DNA of 64,000 nucleotides from Patescibacteria group bacterium (GCA_041661685.1 JBAZTY010000001.1:64691-128690), one strand, 5' to 3'; counted from the stretch's first letter, positions 54,746 through 63,567 are shown. Translations and numbers: made by a program. Notes: generated from the letters alone by a model not told the origin.

Positions 54746-56850
54746 TGCTTAATTTCTTGAGATCGCCAAGGTTTTTAAAGATTTTAGTTTTTCTCGGGCT
54801 CCTCGGCCTGGTTGTCCTCATCTTTTCGCAGCCGATAGACCTGACGACCTCTGATCTGGGGCGCCATCTCGTTAACGGCCGCGTTGTCTGGAGCAATCCG
54901 GATATTTTATTTCATAATGCCTATTCTTATACTGAGCCGGATTTTCGCTTCATCAACCATCACTGGCTCTACGGCGTCATTGTTTATTCCATTTATCGCT
55001 TAGCCGGCTTTGTCGGCCTCTCTCTTTTTAATATCCTCATTATCCTCGCCGCGTTCAGCCTGGCTTTTTATAGCGCGCGTCAGAAGATAAGCTTATACGC
55101 TCTCGATATTTTTGGACGAGCTAAGGTCGACGGTTTTTTCCTGACGAGCCTGGTATCGCTGCCGGTCATTCTTCTTTTGAGCGAGCGGGTCGAAGTCCGG
55201 CCGGAAATAATTTCCTATCTTCTTATCATATTCGTTTACGCGTTTTTGGATTCGGCCGAGGAAACAAAAAAATATCGCCGGCTTTGGTTCTTGCTGCCGC
55301 TCTTTGTCCTCTGGGCGAATATCCATATCTATTTCTTTATCGGTTTGGCGCTCGTCGGCTTCAAGGCCACCGCGGCTTTTATTGGCGCCCTGATGGAGAA
55401 AGAGAAGAACTCGCTTCGCCGGTTATTATCAGCTTGGCGCACTAGCCGTCTCTGGCTAACCCTCTTTAGCGCTTCGGTCTTAGCCTGTCTCATTAATCCT
55501 AATACTTGGCGCGGTCTGATTTATCCTTTTAATATCTTTCAGAATTACGGTTATGAAATTGCGGAGAATAAATCAGTTTTTTTTCTGGATCATCTGACCG
55601 TCGATCATAATTTTTTTATTTTTAAGCTAGTCGGCGCGTTGCTCTTGATAAGCTGGGTGCTATATTTCTCTAAGCGCTCCAGCCGCGCCCGCTTTCAGGA
55701 CCGCCTCGCCGATATATTTCTTAGTCTTCTTGTTAGCGGCCTAGCTATCTTTTCCTCTCGTAATATCTCCTTGTTCGGGCTGATTAGCCTGATCCTTATC
55801 AGCGCGAATATGGCGCCGGTCTTGATAAATATCAAGGATAAGGACGCCGCGCGCTTAAGTTTGTGGCGCCGTTTTTTTGTTTCTCCTTTTCCTCTTATCC
55901 ATTCCTATGTCCTAATCTTCCTCCTTATTCTTATCGCTTCCTCTTTTTGGTATCTTCGCGCCGATGCCCGCCGCGATAACCATCTGATCAGGAATAGCTT
56001 CGGTTTAGGCTTGCGGGCCGGCAATGAAGCTTCAGCTGCTTTTTTTAAGGAAAAGAACCTGAGCGGCCCGATATTCAATAATTATGATATCGGTAGCGCC
56101 CTCATCTTCTGGCGCTATTCTCAAGAGAAAGTTTTTGTCGATAATCGCCCGGAAGCTTATTCCGATGATTTCTTCAATTCAGTCTATAAACCGATGCAGA
56201 GCGAGGCGGCGAAATGGGAGGAATATTCTCAGATTTATGATTTCAAGACAGTCTACTTCGCTCATACCGACGGTACGCCCTGGGCGCAGCAATTTCTCGC
56301 TCGCATCTTGCAGGACGGGAAATGGCGCCTGGCTTATTTTGACGCCTACGCGGTCATCTTGATAAATACGGATAAATATAGTCCGGAGGAAGTAAAAGCC
56401 CTGAGCTTGGAAAAATGGGCTCTTAAGAGCGGGCTGAGAGAGCTGGCGGCCGGAGCGAGTACGGCGACGCAGTTCCGCCTAGCCAATCTAGCGCGCTTGG
56501 CAGGCATGCCCGAACTGGCTGAGGAAATCTATCGGGAAATATTACTCGTTTTTCCCGACCAAGCGCGAACCCTTTCCGAGCTTGCGAGCCTTTATGCCGG
56601 TTATGGCGATTCTGTTAATTTGCGGCAGTCTCTATATTATTATCAGCGCGCCCTAAGCGTTGGTTCGCGCCTGCCGGGAATATATAATGAGCTGGGATTG
56701 GTTTATTGGCGGCTGGGAGAATATAAAAAAGCCGAAAGCGCTTGGCGCTCGGCTTTGCAGCGAGAACGGAAGAATATTCATGCTTTGTATTATCTAAATC
56801 AGGTCGAGGTTTTAAGGAGGGAGGGGGAATTACCCAGCAATCAAGAATGA
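54745..56850 (+). CDS. Large polytopic membrane protein with C-terminal TPR repeats (possible GT-C type glycosyltransferase)
   Basis: 701 aa. More than 10 TM in the N-terminal 400 aa. C-terminal TPR-like repeats (YYYQRALSVG...LGLVYWRLGEYKKAESAWRSAL). The start overlaps the tspO stop by 1 nt. Confidence 0.6.
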   Translation: MLNFLRSPRFLKILVFLGLLGLVVLIFSQPIDLTTSDLGRHLVNGRVVWSNPDILFHNAYSYTEPDFRFINHHWLYGVIVYSIYRLAGFVGLSLFNILIILAAFSLAFYSARQKISLYALDIFGRAKVDGFFLTSLVSLPVILLLSERVEVRPEIISYLLIIFVYAFLDSAEETKKYRRLWFLLPLFVLWANIHIYFFIGLALVGFKATAAFIGALMEKEKNSLRRLLSAWRTSRLWLTLFSASVLACLINPNTWRGLIYPFNIFQNYGYEIAENKSVFFLDHLTVDHNFFIFKLVGALLLISWVLYFSKRSSRARFQDRLADIFLSLLVSGLAIFSSRNISLFGLISLILISANMAPVLINIKDKDAARLSLWRRFFVSPFPLIHSYVLIFLLILIASSFWYLRADARRDNHLIRNSFGLGLRAGNEASAAFFKEKNLSGPIFNNYDIGSALIFWRYSQEKVFVDNRPEAYSDDFFNSVYKPMQSEAAKWEEYSQIYDFKTVYFAHTDGTPWAQQFLARILQDGKWRLAYFDAYAVILINTDKYSPEEVKALSLEKWALKSGLRELAAGASTATQFRLANLARLAGMPELAEEIYREILLVFPDQARTLSELASLYAGYGDSVNLRQSLYYYQRALSVGSRLPGIYNELGLVYWRLGEYKKAESAWRSALQRERKNIHALYYLNQVEVLRREGELPSNQE

Positions 56851-56858
56851 TTCGGAAA

Positions 56859-57539
56859 TCAATTAAGTCTTTCTTTGAATAAGGCCAGTATTGCTGTCAG
56901 TCCGTCGCGCGGGCTGATTTTTTTTCCGTCCTTATAGCCGCGGCGATTATAGCTTATGGGCATCTCTTTTATTCTGTAGCCGTTCTTAAGGAGCTGGGCC
57001 GTAATGATCGGCTCGATCTCGAAACGTTCGCCGCTAAGCCGTATCTCTTTCAGAGCGGCCGCCGGAATCAGCTTGAAACAGGTTTCCATGTCGGTCAGAT
57101 TCGAACCGAAGAGGAGATTGGTCAGGCCGGTCAAGAATCCGTTGATTGTGCGGTGGAAACTAGATCCGGGCCTGTCTAAAAAGCGGGAGCCATAAAGCGC
57201 GCATCTGCCTGCGCCTTCTTTAATCCCTTTAAACATCGGAACGATATCGGCGGGGTCATATTCGATATCGGCGTCGCAGATGATGAAATAGTCGCCGCTG
57301 ATCTTTTCCAAACCGCGCCGGATAGCCGCGCCTTTGCCGCGATTGATCGGCTGACTGATTAATCTGAAATCATAGTTTGATTTCAATCCCGCCAGTATTT
57401 CCGGAGTCTTGTCTGACGACCCATCGTCGATGACAATAACCTCTTTTTCAAGAGGCAGCGCGAAGATGCGCGGCAGGGAAATGGCCACGGTCCGCTCTTC
57501 ATTATATATCGGAACGATGATTGAGATTTTTGATTCCAT
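56859..57539 (-). CDS. Family 2 glycosyltransferase (polyprenol-phosphate sugar synthase-like)
   Basis: ISIIVPIYNEE...VIVIDDGSSDKT...ICDADIEYDP (DxD). Confidence 0.85.
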   Translation of the reverse strand: MESKISIIVPIYNEERTVAISLPRIFALPLEKEVIVIDDGSSDKTPEILAGLKSNYDFRLISQPINRGKGAAIRRGLEKISGDYFIICDADIEYDPADIVPMFKGIKEGAGRCALYGSRFLDRPGSSFHRTINGFLTGLTNLLFGSNLTDMETCFKLIPAAALKEIRLSGERFEIEPIITAQLLKNGYRIKEMPISYNRRGYKDGKKISPRDGLTAILALFKERLN

Positions 57540-57699
57540 ATCTTTGGTAATTCTTTAGTAATTATAACTTAGATATTGTTATTTTGCCTAATACTCGCTA
57601 TTGACAAGCATCTGTCAATATGATATTTTTTGATGTTAAAATATAAACGTTTAACCAGTAAAATAGATCTTTAATAATAACAACTAAAAACATAAACCA

Positions 57700-58326
57700 A
57701 TGGCACGAAAAGCTTCAATCCTTAAATCGATTCGGCTTTTGATAAGCCGTTTCTTCTCCCATAAATCTGAGAATAAGCGCAGTCTCCCGATTGCCGAGCA
57801 GAAAGATTTTGCGTTTGTTAGACGAGAACTAGAATCTGTTCGGCGCGAATATTTTGAACATGGGAAAATGTTGGCCGAAGGATATAACCTGCAGAATCTC
57901 GGCCAAGGCCGTAAGATTTTTGCGTTTTTATCAGACGTTATCAAAAATGCCAGGAGGGGCGAAAAACAGCCCTATCAGGCAAATGTCATTATGAGTTTAG
58001 TTATCGCTTATTACGAGAAAGGCTCGCTGCTGCGGATGATGAATTGTTTCCTCGACGCAAAAAAAGCTTTTGACGAAGCAATATTTTTCGTCGACAGCCT
58101 CCTAGAGGAAACTCCTGACAATCTGGAATTTTTGGCGTTAAAGAGCCAGATATTGTTTCGCCAAGGAGAATTAGCAGAATGCCAAGGCCCGGCTTTCTAT
58201 TGGGAGGCTAAAAACTTTTATCAAAAAAGCCTGAAGTTGGATTTATTCGCTGATAATTCTGAAGGAAGCAAGATTAAGCGCCAGCTTATTTTTAATCTGG
58301 CCAGTTCGTTCCAAAGAACTTTTTAA
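57700..58326 (+). CDS. Hypothetical protein (helical repeat/TPR-like)
   Basis: 208-aa ORF. No catalytic motif recognised. Confidence 0.6.
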   Translation: MARKASILKSIRLLISRFFSHKSENKRSLPIAEQKDFAFVRRELESVRREYFEHGKMLAEGYNLQNLGQGRKIFAFLSDVIKNARRGEKQPYQANVIMSLVIAYYEKGSLLRMMNCFLDAKKAFDEAIFFVDSLLEETPDNLEFLALKSQILFRQGELAECQGPAFYWEAKNFYQKSLKLDLFADNSEGSKIKRQLIFNLASSFQRTF

Positions 58327-58390
58327 ACACGAAATCACCCAGAACATCGGGTGGTTTTTTATTTAACGTAGGTTGGCAATTTTTTTTACA

Positions 58391-58891
58391 TCAATCTATC
58401 TTGATGATTTTATATTCGACCGTACGGTCGTTGAGAACGACAGAAACGATATCTCCAATCTTATGACCGAGGAGAGCGGCGCCAAGCGGGGAACTATGGG
58501 AGATAATGCCACTCAAGGGATCGGTCTCGGTCGAACCGAGTATCTTATAGGTCTTCAGCTTTCCGTTAATTTCTACGGTCACGCTATGTCCGAGTCCAAC
58601 CAGGTCATTATTCTGGCGGGGCATGATTATCTCCGCTCGCTTCATTAAGTCCTCGGCGTCTAAGATGCGCTGGTTCAGTCCGCGCAGTCGCCCTTTGGCG
58701 AGCTGATAGCCGGCATTCTCCGAGAAATCACCCATCGAAGCCAGGTGCTTAACCTCTCGGCTTAAGCGCGGACGGTCAATCTCTACCATTCGCTTTAATT
58801 TAGCGCTTAAAGCCGTGAATTTTTCCGGCGTGATATGCGGATCAGCTTTGGGCTGGATATATGTTTCCTTTTTGCGGTAGGGTGTTTGCAT
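58391..58891 (-). CDS. greA: Transcription elongation factor GreA
   Basis: SMGDFSENAGYQLAKGRLRGLNQRI coiled-coil and C-terminal ISHSSPLGAALLGHKIGD. Confidence 0.9.
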   Translation of the reverse strand: MQTPYRKKETYIQPKADPHITPEKFTALSAKLKRMVEIDRPRLSREVKHLASMGDFSENAGYQLAKGRLRGLNQRILDAEDLMKRAEIIMPRQNNDLVGLGHSVTVEINGKLKTYKILGSTETDPLSGIISHSSPLGAALLGHKIGDIVSVVLNDRTVEYKIIKID

Positions 58892-59043
58892 AATTTAATA
58901 ATAGGCCGATTCTGGGCTTTTATCAATCTTTGGATTTATGCCTTGACATATCTCGGCTATTATTATAGGATAGCATGAAGATTATTTTTAGTAAGAAAAG
59001 CTTTTTTGAACGTTAAAAAATTAATAATTACAAATATCTAGCC

Positions 59044-59325
59044 ATGGATAAATTCATTTGTATTAATCGTTGGATTACGCAATCATGGTTGGAAGCTGGA
59101 GGATCCGGTAAAGCAAAAGAGACTAAGGTAAAGGCGGTCATCGCCTTTGCTGATTCTCTGGAGGGTCCAGATAGGCTGAGGGAATTAGAGTTCATCATGG
59201 ATTGGTGCTTTGAGCATCATCATCCCGGCGATGCGCTTACTGAAGATGCCTTGGCAGCTTTCGACAGAATCAATTATGAGCCAGTTCGTAAAGAATTGGA
59301 AAAGATTCGTTTAGGTAAAGCATGA
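59044..59325 (+). CDS. Hypothetical protein
   Basis: 93-aa ORF with its own terminator. Confidence 0.55.
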   Translation: MDKFICINRWITQSWLEAGGSGKAKETKVKAVIAFADSLEGPDRLRELEFIMDWCFEHHHPGDALTEDALAAFDRINYEPVRKELEKIRLGKA

Positions 59326-59339
59326 TATTAAAAAAGCAA

Positions 59340-59371
59340 GCCCTATTTCTTAACATAGGGCCTTTTTATTT
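59340..59371 (+). terminator. Intrinsic terminator after the 59044 ORF
   Basis: GCCCTAT TTCTTAAC ATAGGGC followed by CTTTTTATTT. Confidence 0.6.
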
Positions 59372-59383
59372 AAGATTTCATGT

Positions 59384-59413
59384 TTGACAGGAAGTGATTA
59401 ATAATGATAATAT
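59384..59413 (+). promoter_or_regulatory. Candidate promoter for the ACP-like gene
   Basis: TTGACA, 18 nt ending in TGa, TAATAT. A strong AGGAGG RBS follows at 59461. Confidence 0.4.
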
Positions 59414-59473
59414 TTTTTATTGAACTTTAATAATTAACCAATAATAACCTTAATCATACAGGAGGACCGACTA

Positions 59474-59767
59474 ATGAATAAGCCGAAAATTTCTGAAGAA
59501 GAGCAAAAAGCTATCAATGGTATTTTTGATAAGCTGAAAAAAAGTATTTTGGTTTACATGGAAACCAATGAATTATTTACCTCCGGTGCAGAGCCCAAGA
59601 TAGAATTATCTAGCCATTTAGAAGATGATCTCGGTCTGGACTCCTTTAGCCGTTTCGAAGTAGTGCTACTTATCGAGCATGAATTCGGTTCTGAAATCGG
59701 TACCGATATGAATGATTTCGAAACAATAGAAGATATTGCTCGCCAATTAGTTGCCAAGAAAAACTAA
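59474..59767 (+). CDS. Acyl/peptidyl carrier protein-like
   Basis: 97 aa. DDLGLDSFSRFEVVLLIEHEFG matches the DSL phosphopantetheine attachment motif context. Confidence 0.7.
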   Translation: MNKPKISEEEQKAINGIFDKLKKSILVYMETNELFTSGAEPKIELSSHLEDDLGLDSFSRFEVVLLIEHEFGSEIGTDMNDFETIEDIARQLVAKKN

Positions 59768-59799
59768 TAGCGCTTGATAGCGCTGTGCATCCGATAAAG

Positions 59800-59829
59800 C
59801 CGTTTTTTCCAAAAGAAACGGTTTTTTTT
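59800..59829 (+). terminator. Intrinsic terminator after the ACP-like gene
   Basis: CCGTTT TTTCCAAAAG AAACGG followed by TTTTTTTT. Confidence 0.6.
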
Positions 59830-59906
59830 ATTGCTATTGACACTTTCTGTTATATATGATAGGGTATAATCATAGTTTTTTAATAAATTAACCTTAAATC
59901 TTACAA

Positions 59907-60332
59907 ATGATGACAGCTGCATCTAAAGAAGAAAGTTCGCAATTTGCGCAAATTGCGAAAGATTTAAAAAAGAGGCTTGCTAAGTATAATAGTTTAGGCT
60001 TCTCTTTAACGGTTCCGATCATGGGCTCTTGCTCTGAAAAAGTAGTAATCACTAAGCCCGGTGCTTCCGAACCACAAAACCTCAAAAAAGGGAAGCCATA
60101 TGATTCTGATTTGAGATTATCGTTCGAAGATGTCATCATCTTTGATACTCCCAAAGAACGCTCCGCGGCCGTTTATCTCGGCAAAGGAGTTGATCCTGCT
60201 TCTGGAAGCTCAGAGCATTGGTTCTTTTCTCAGAGCGCTTCTGGCGGTTTAGGCGCCATCTTTTTCGGCGGACTGCAGAGTAAGAGCCAACTAGCAACGC
60301 CCCAGTACAAGATTAGAAAGGCGCAGCTATAA
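59907..60332 (+). CDS. Hypothetical protein
   Basis: 141-aa ORF with its own terminator. Confidence 0.55.
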   Translation: MMTAASKEESSQFAQIAKDLKKRLAKYNSLGFSLTVPIMGSCSEKVVITKPGASEPQNLKKGKPYDSDLRLSFEDVIIFDTPKERSAAVYLGKGVDPASGSSEHWFFSQSASGGLGAIFFGGLQSKSQLATPQYKIRKAQL

Positions 60333-60357
60333 GCAGCTATAAAATGTCGTATTAAAG

Positions 60358-60384
60358 CCGTTACTTTGACAGTAACGGTTTTTT
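60358..60384 (+). terminator. Intrinsic terminator after the 59907 ORF
   Basis: CCGTTACT TTGAC AGTAACGG followed by TTTTTT. Confidence 0.65.
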
Positions 60385-60394
60385 CTTATAGTAT
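60366..60394 (+). promoter_or_regulatory. Candidate promoter embedded in the preceding terminator
   Basis: TTGACA lies in the terminator loop/3' arm, then 17 nt, then TAGTAT. 35 nt upstream of the ABC-F ATG. Confidence 0.4.
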
Positions 60395-60429
60395 GGAATT
60401 GTCATTATTTTAATTTAATCCTTTTTACT

Positions 60430-61881
60430 ATGGCCGAAGAAGTCGTGCTCAGATTCGATAGCGTTAAATTCGAATATCTCCATAAGAAGCCTATCCTGGA
60501 TGAGGCTGATTTTAGTATGCGCAAAGGCGCAAAAATGACTCTGATGGGTCAGAACGGCGCTGGCAAAAGCACAATTTTCGGGCTTATCCAGAAGGAACTG
60601 GTTCCGAAAAGCGGTCAGATTTCTATGTCTAATAACGCCACTATCGGTGCGGCCGCCCAGACCATGGCTCGTGAATTTTTTGAGATGAATATAGAAGAGT
60701 ATTTTTCCAAGGCCTTCGCGGTCGTGCCGGGAAATATCAAGAGCCGGATTAGCAAGGCGCTCGATGCGGTCAATTTTAATATTCCTCTGGATCGCAAAGT
60801 CGGCGGCTTGTCCGGCGGCCAGCAAGCGCGCTTGCTATTAGCTTACGCCCTGATTCAGGATCCGGATATCCTATTGCTCGATGAGCCGACGAATAATCTT
60901 GATAAAGACGGCATCGATCATCTCATCACCTTTTTAATCATGTATGACAAGACCGTGCTCGTTATCTCTCATGACGCCGATTTCTTGAATTGCTTTACTG
61001 AAGGCGTTATCTATCTTAATAATTTCACCCATAAGACCGAAATGTACGTCGGCGATTATTATTCCGTCGTTGAAGAAATCGGCCGCCGCGTCGAACGCGA
61101 GCAGCGCGAGAACGCCCAGTTACAGAAGCAGATCATCGACCGCAAGGAGAAGGTGAATTTCTTCGCTCATAAGGGCGGCAAGATGCGCAAGCTCGCGAAG
61201 AAGCTCAAGGACGAGACTGAAGATTTAGAAGAGAACATGGTTGACGTTCGTCAGGAAGACAAGACAATCAGAGACTTTGATATTCCGGTTCAGGAAGAGC
61301 TGAGTGGCGAGATTGTCGTCCTTAAGAAGATTAGGCTTATCAAGAATCATGAGCCCATCTTGAAGGATATCGATAAGACTCTGCGCAAGAAGGATCGCTT
61401 GCTCGTCGTCGGTCCTAACGGTATCGGCAAGAGCACGCTTCTGCGTTCGCTCGTCAGCGGCAAACAGGAAGGGCAGAGTATCGCCAAGAATATTCGCGTC
61501 GGTTATTATAGCCAGGATTTCTCGACTCTAGATTTTAACGAAACAGTTTTTGATTCGCTGAAGAATGCCGGCGATGGCTGGGGAGAGCAGGATATCCGCT
61601 CAATCGCGGCCGGCTTCCTAATTACCGGCGACCTGATGGGCCATAAGATTGGCGACTTGTCCGAAGGGCAGAAAGGTTTGCTCGCCTTTGCGCGTCTAGT
61701 CCTGCTTAAGCCGGGTATTCTGATTCTCGACGAGCCGACTAACCATATAAATTTTCGCCACATTCCGGTTATCGCTGAAGCGGTTAACGCCTATGATGGA
61801 CCGATCATCATGGTTAGTCATATGCCTGAGTTCGTCAAAGAGATCAGGATGACCGAAGAGCTGGATCTGGGGAAGTTATAA
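60430..61881 (+). CDS. ABC-F family ATPase (two tandem ABC domains, no TM domain)
   Basis: 483 aa. Walker A GQNGAGKST and GPNGIGKST, signatures LSGGQQARL and LSEGQKGLL, charged linker between the two domains. Confidence 0.88.
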   Translation: MAEEVVLRFDSVKFEYLHKKPILDEADFSMRKGAKMTLMGQNGAGKSTIFGLIQKELVPKSGQISMSNNATIGAAAQTMAREFFEMNIEEYFSKAFAVVPGNIKSRISKALDAVNFNIPLDRKVGGLSGGQQARLLLAYALIQDPDILLLDEPTNNLDKDGIDHLITFLIMYDKTVLVISHDADFLNCFTEGVIYLNNFTHKTEMYVGDYYSVVEEIGRRVEREQRENAQLQKQIIDRKEKVNFFAHKGGKMRKLAKKLKDETEDLEENMVDVRQEDKTIRDFDIPVQEELSGEIVVLKKIRLIKNHEPILKDIDKTLRKKDRLLVVGPNGIGKSTLLRSLVSGKQEGQSIAKNIRVGYYSQDFSTLDFNETVFDSLKNAGDGWGEQDIRSIAAGFLITGDLMGHKIGDLSEGQKGLLAFARLVLLKPGILILDEPTNHINFRHIPVIAEAVNAYDGPIIMVSHMPEFVKEIRMTEELDLGKL

Positions 61882-61915
61882 GCAGCCCGATTAGATAAAT
61901 ATCAAAAATATAAGA

Positions 61916-61947
61916 AAGAGCCTGGAATTTTCGGGCTCTTTTTTTGG
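61916..61947 (+). terminator. Intrinsic terminator after the ABC-F gene
   Basis: AGAGCC TGGAATTTTCG GGCTCT followed by TTTTTT. Confidence 0.6.
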
Positions 61948-61975
61948 GTTATACACCTCTGGCTTGGTTTTACTA

Positions 61976-62003
61976 TTGACAAAAATCAGCAAAGTAATAC
62001 AAT
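61976..62003 (+). promoter_or_regulatory. Candidate promoter for the 62078 ORF
   Basis: TTGACA, 16 nt, TACAAT. Confidence 0.4.
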
Positions 62004-62077
62004 TAAAAAATTCTTTAAAAATAAAATAAAAAAAGTGGCCTTTTACCACCTTTTGTTGTTTAAATAAAATCAGTGAA

Positions 62078-62818
62078 ATGAGAAAGGTAACCAAGATTGA
62101 TGATCTCGTTCCCATTAAGAACGTGATTATTTCCGTAAATGATAAAAAAAACTTGGATATTTTAATACCCGGGCTGATAAAGTATTGTCCCGGCGTCGTT
62201 ATTTATACGACTGACTTTAATTATCCTGTCATCCATCAGCTGATGCCGCGAGAGAAGACCTGGAACAATCTATTTAGCTTCGGGCAATTAGCGAGAAATC
62301 TGGAAGTGGGTGGCACAGCCATGGAAACTCTGCATTCAAAAGTTTTTTTGGGCTTGATAACTAAGACTTATTGCTTTAAGCATCAAGAAATGATTAAGAA
62401 TGCTCAAGCTATTTCTATCGATTTGGCGGTTATAAATCTTCGTCCGATAATCTCAGAAACAGGTCCGAATGATTTCGAGAGCGTCTCGACGCGCATCGAT
62501 GTCGCCGGCCAGGTCGCTTTATCCGCCGCTCGTTCTAATCCGCGCCAAGTCATGACCCTATCGAGCCCTGACGATTACGGCGCCTTCCTTGAAGAAATAA
62601 AAAGATTCAATGGCCGGACAAGTTTCAGCTCGCGTTTAGAAATGGCGAAAAAAGCCTCCAGCTATCTAAAGGGCTATAGCTCCGAAGTCTATTATTTCTT
62701 GGACGGCATCCAGGCCGAAGAAGCGGCGGCATGCTACGAGATGCAGAATACCGTTGAAGATTTCTTAGCGGCCGAGAAAGCTAAAGAAGCCGAAGAAGGC
62801 AAAAAGAAAAAGAAATAA
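62078..62818 (+). CDS. Stand-alone, divergent IMP cyclohydrolase-like (PurH N-terminal/MGS-like) domain protein
   Basis: 246 aa. Collinear with the PurH N-terminal domain: VIISVNDKKNL (cf. LLSVSDKAGI), ETLHSKVFLGL (cf. KTLHPKVHGGI), IDLAVINLRP (cf. IDMVVVNLYP), RIDVAGQVALSAARSN (cf. NIDIGGPTMVRSAAKN). No AICAR transformylase domain. Confidence 0.6.
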   Translation: MRKVTKIDDLVPIKNVIISVNDKKNLDILIPGLIKYCPGVVIYTTDFNYPVIHQLMPREKTWNNLFSFGQLARNLEVGGTAMETLHSKVFLGLITKTYCFKHQEMIKNAQAISIDLAVINLRPIISETGPNDFESVSTRIDVAGQVALSAARSNPRQVMTLSSPDDYGAFLEEIKRFNGRTSFSSRLEMAKKASSYLKGYSSEVYYFLDGIQAEEAAACYEMQNTVEDFLAAEKAKEAEEGKKKKK

Positions 62819-62842
62819 AAACAGCTCATTAATTGAGCCGAC

Positions 62843-62876
62843 AAACCCGTTATCTACAAAAGATAGCGGGTTTTTA
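62843..62876 (+). terminator. Intrinsic terminator after the 62078 ORF
   Basis: ACCCGTTATC TACAAAA GATAGCGGGT followed by TTTT. Confidence 0.6.
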
Positions 62877-62902
62877 ATTTGGCTTCGGCGCTGTTTTAAG
62901 AC

Positions 62903-63000
62903 TTGCGCGCTAAATCAGATTATGCTAGTATAGAGATACAATTGGCCTGCCTATTTATAGGTTTGGCTCCGAGGGCTCCCGCGAGGGGGTCCGTTTTGTT
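62903..63000 (+). ncRNA. Candidate small RNA unit (promoter to terminator), convergent on the MazF-like gene
   Basis: TTGCGC, 17 nt, TAGTAT (62903-62931). About 45 nt later, CTCCC GCGA GGGGG (GNRA-capped, 62976-62989) followed by TCCGTTTTGTT, ending at the toxin stop codon. The only + strand ORF here (62903-63091) looks spurious. Confidence 0.25.
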
Positions 63001-63415
63001 ATATAATGTCCTTGATTCGAGATTTTATTTCATTGAAATCATTGTTGTTGATAGTCCCCATTTTTCTAATCAGTCGCTTGTTGCTGATTAATCGGATTTG
63101 GCAGAACATTGCCGAAATAAACTTTTTGTTATTTGATGAAAATTTGTAGTAATAAAATTTATTTTTTTTGATTTGGCTTGATAAGGGAATGATTAATATT
63201 AAGTGTTTATTAAATTTTTTTAAGATTAGAACCGGGCGTTCGAATCTTTTATTTTTTCCATCTTCTTCATGGCCGATATTAGCCCCTAGGCTGGCCCACC
63301 AAATATCTTTTTCGTAGAAATATAAATTATTCTTGACGTCCGCTAATTGGATGTCGACTTTTATTTTATGCCATTCAAAGATAAGTTTAGCTTTTTCTTC
63401 ATTATTTAACGGCAT
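62999..63415 (-). CDS. PemK/MazF-fold toxin-like protein (no adjacent antitoxin ORF)
   Basis: 138 aa. DIWWASLGANIGHEEDGKNKRFERPVLILKKF...ILIIPLSSQ matches the MazF/PemK pattern (GD.W..D...G.E....RP..V......V.P.TS). Very AT-rich. Confidence 0.6.
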   Translation of the reverse strand: MPLNNEEKAKLIFEWHKIKVDIQLADVKNNLYFYEKDIWWASLGANIGHEEDGKNKRFERPVLILKKFNKHLILIIPLSSQIKKNKFYYYKFSSNNKKFISAMFCQIRLISNKRLIRKMGTINNNDFNEIKSRIKDII

Positions 63416-63520
63416 AATTAGTACACTTAATAAATCAGGAATTAATCATAGCAAGCCCGGGCTGAATAAAAGGTAAAGAAAAGGTTAAGTTTGTCTGAAT
63501 ATTAGTATTCGCTAGGCCTC

Positions 63521-63549
63521 TTGACTGTTATTAAGAAATAAGGTAATAT
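63521..63549 (+). promoter_or_regulatory. Candidate promoter for typA
   Basis: TTGACT, 17 nt, TAATAT. Confidence 0.5.
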
Positions 63550-63567
63550 CTCAAAAGACCTAATTTA

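Noticed and set aside
57600-57640. Inverted repeat TTGACA-AGCATC-TGTCAA in the divergent region between the GT2 gene and ORF 57700, considered as a bidirectional promoter or operator
   Set aside because: No convincingly spaced -10 hexamer was found on either strand, so the evidence is too weak to annotate.
58373-58648. 91-aa + strand ORF
   Set aside because: It is antisense to greA, whose product is clearly recognisable.
60415-60825. 136-aa minus-strand ORF
   Set aside because: It is antisense to the first ABC domain of the ABC-F ATPase, which has clear Walker and signature motifs.
62903-63091. 62-aa + strand ORF
   Set aside because: It would start with TTG, has no RBS, and runs antisense into the MazF-like gene. 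The region is better explained as non-coding (a candidate small RNA or terminator).
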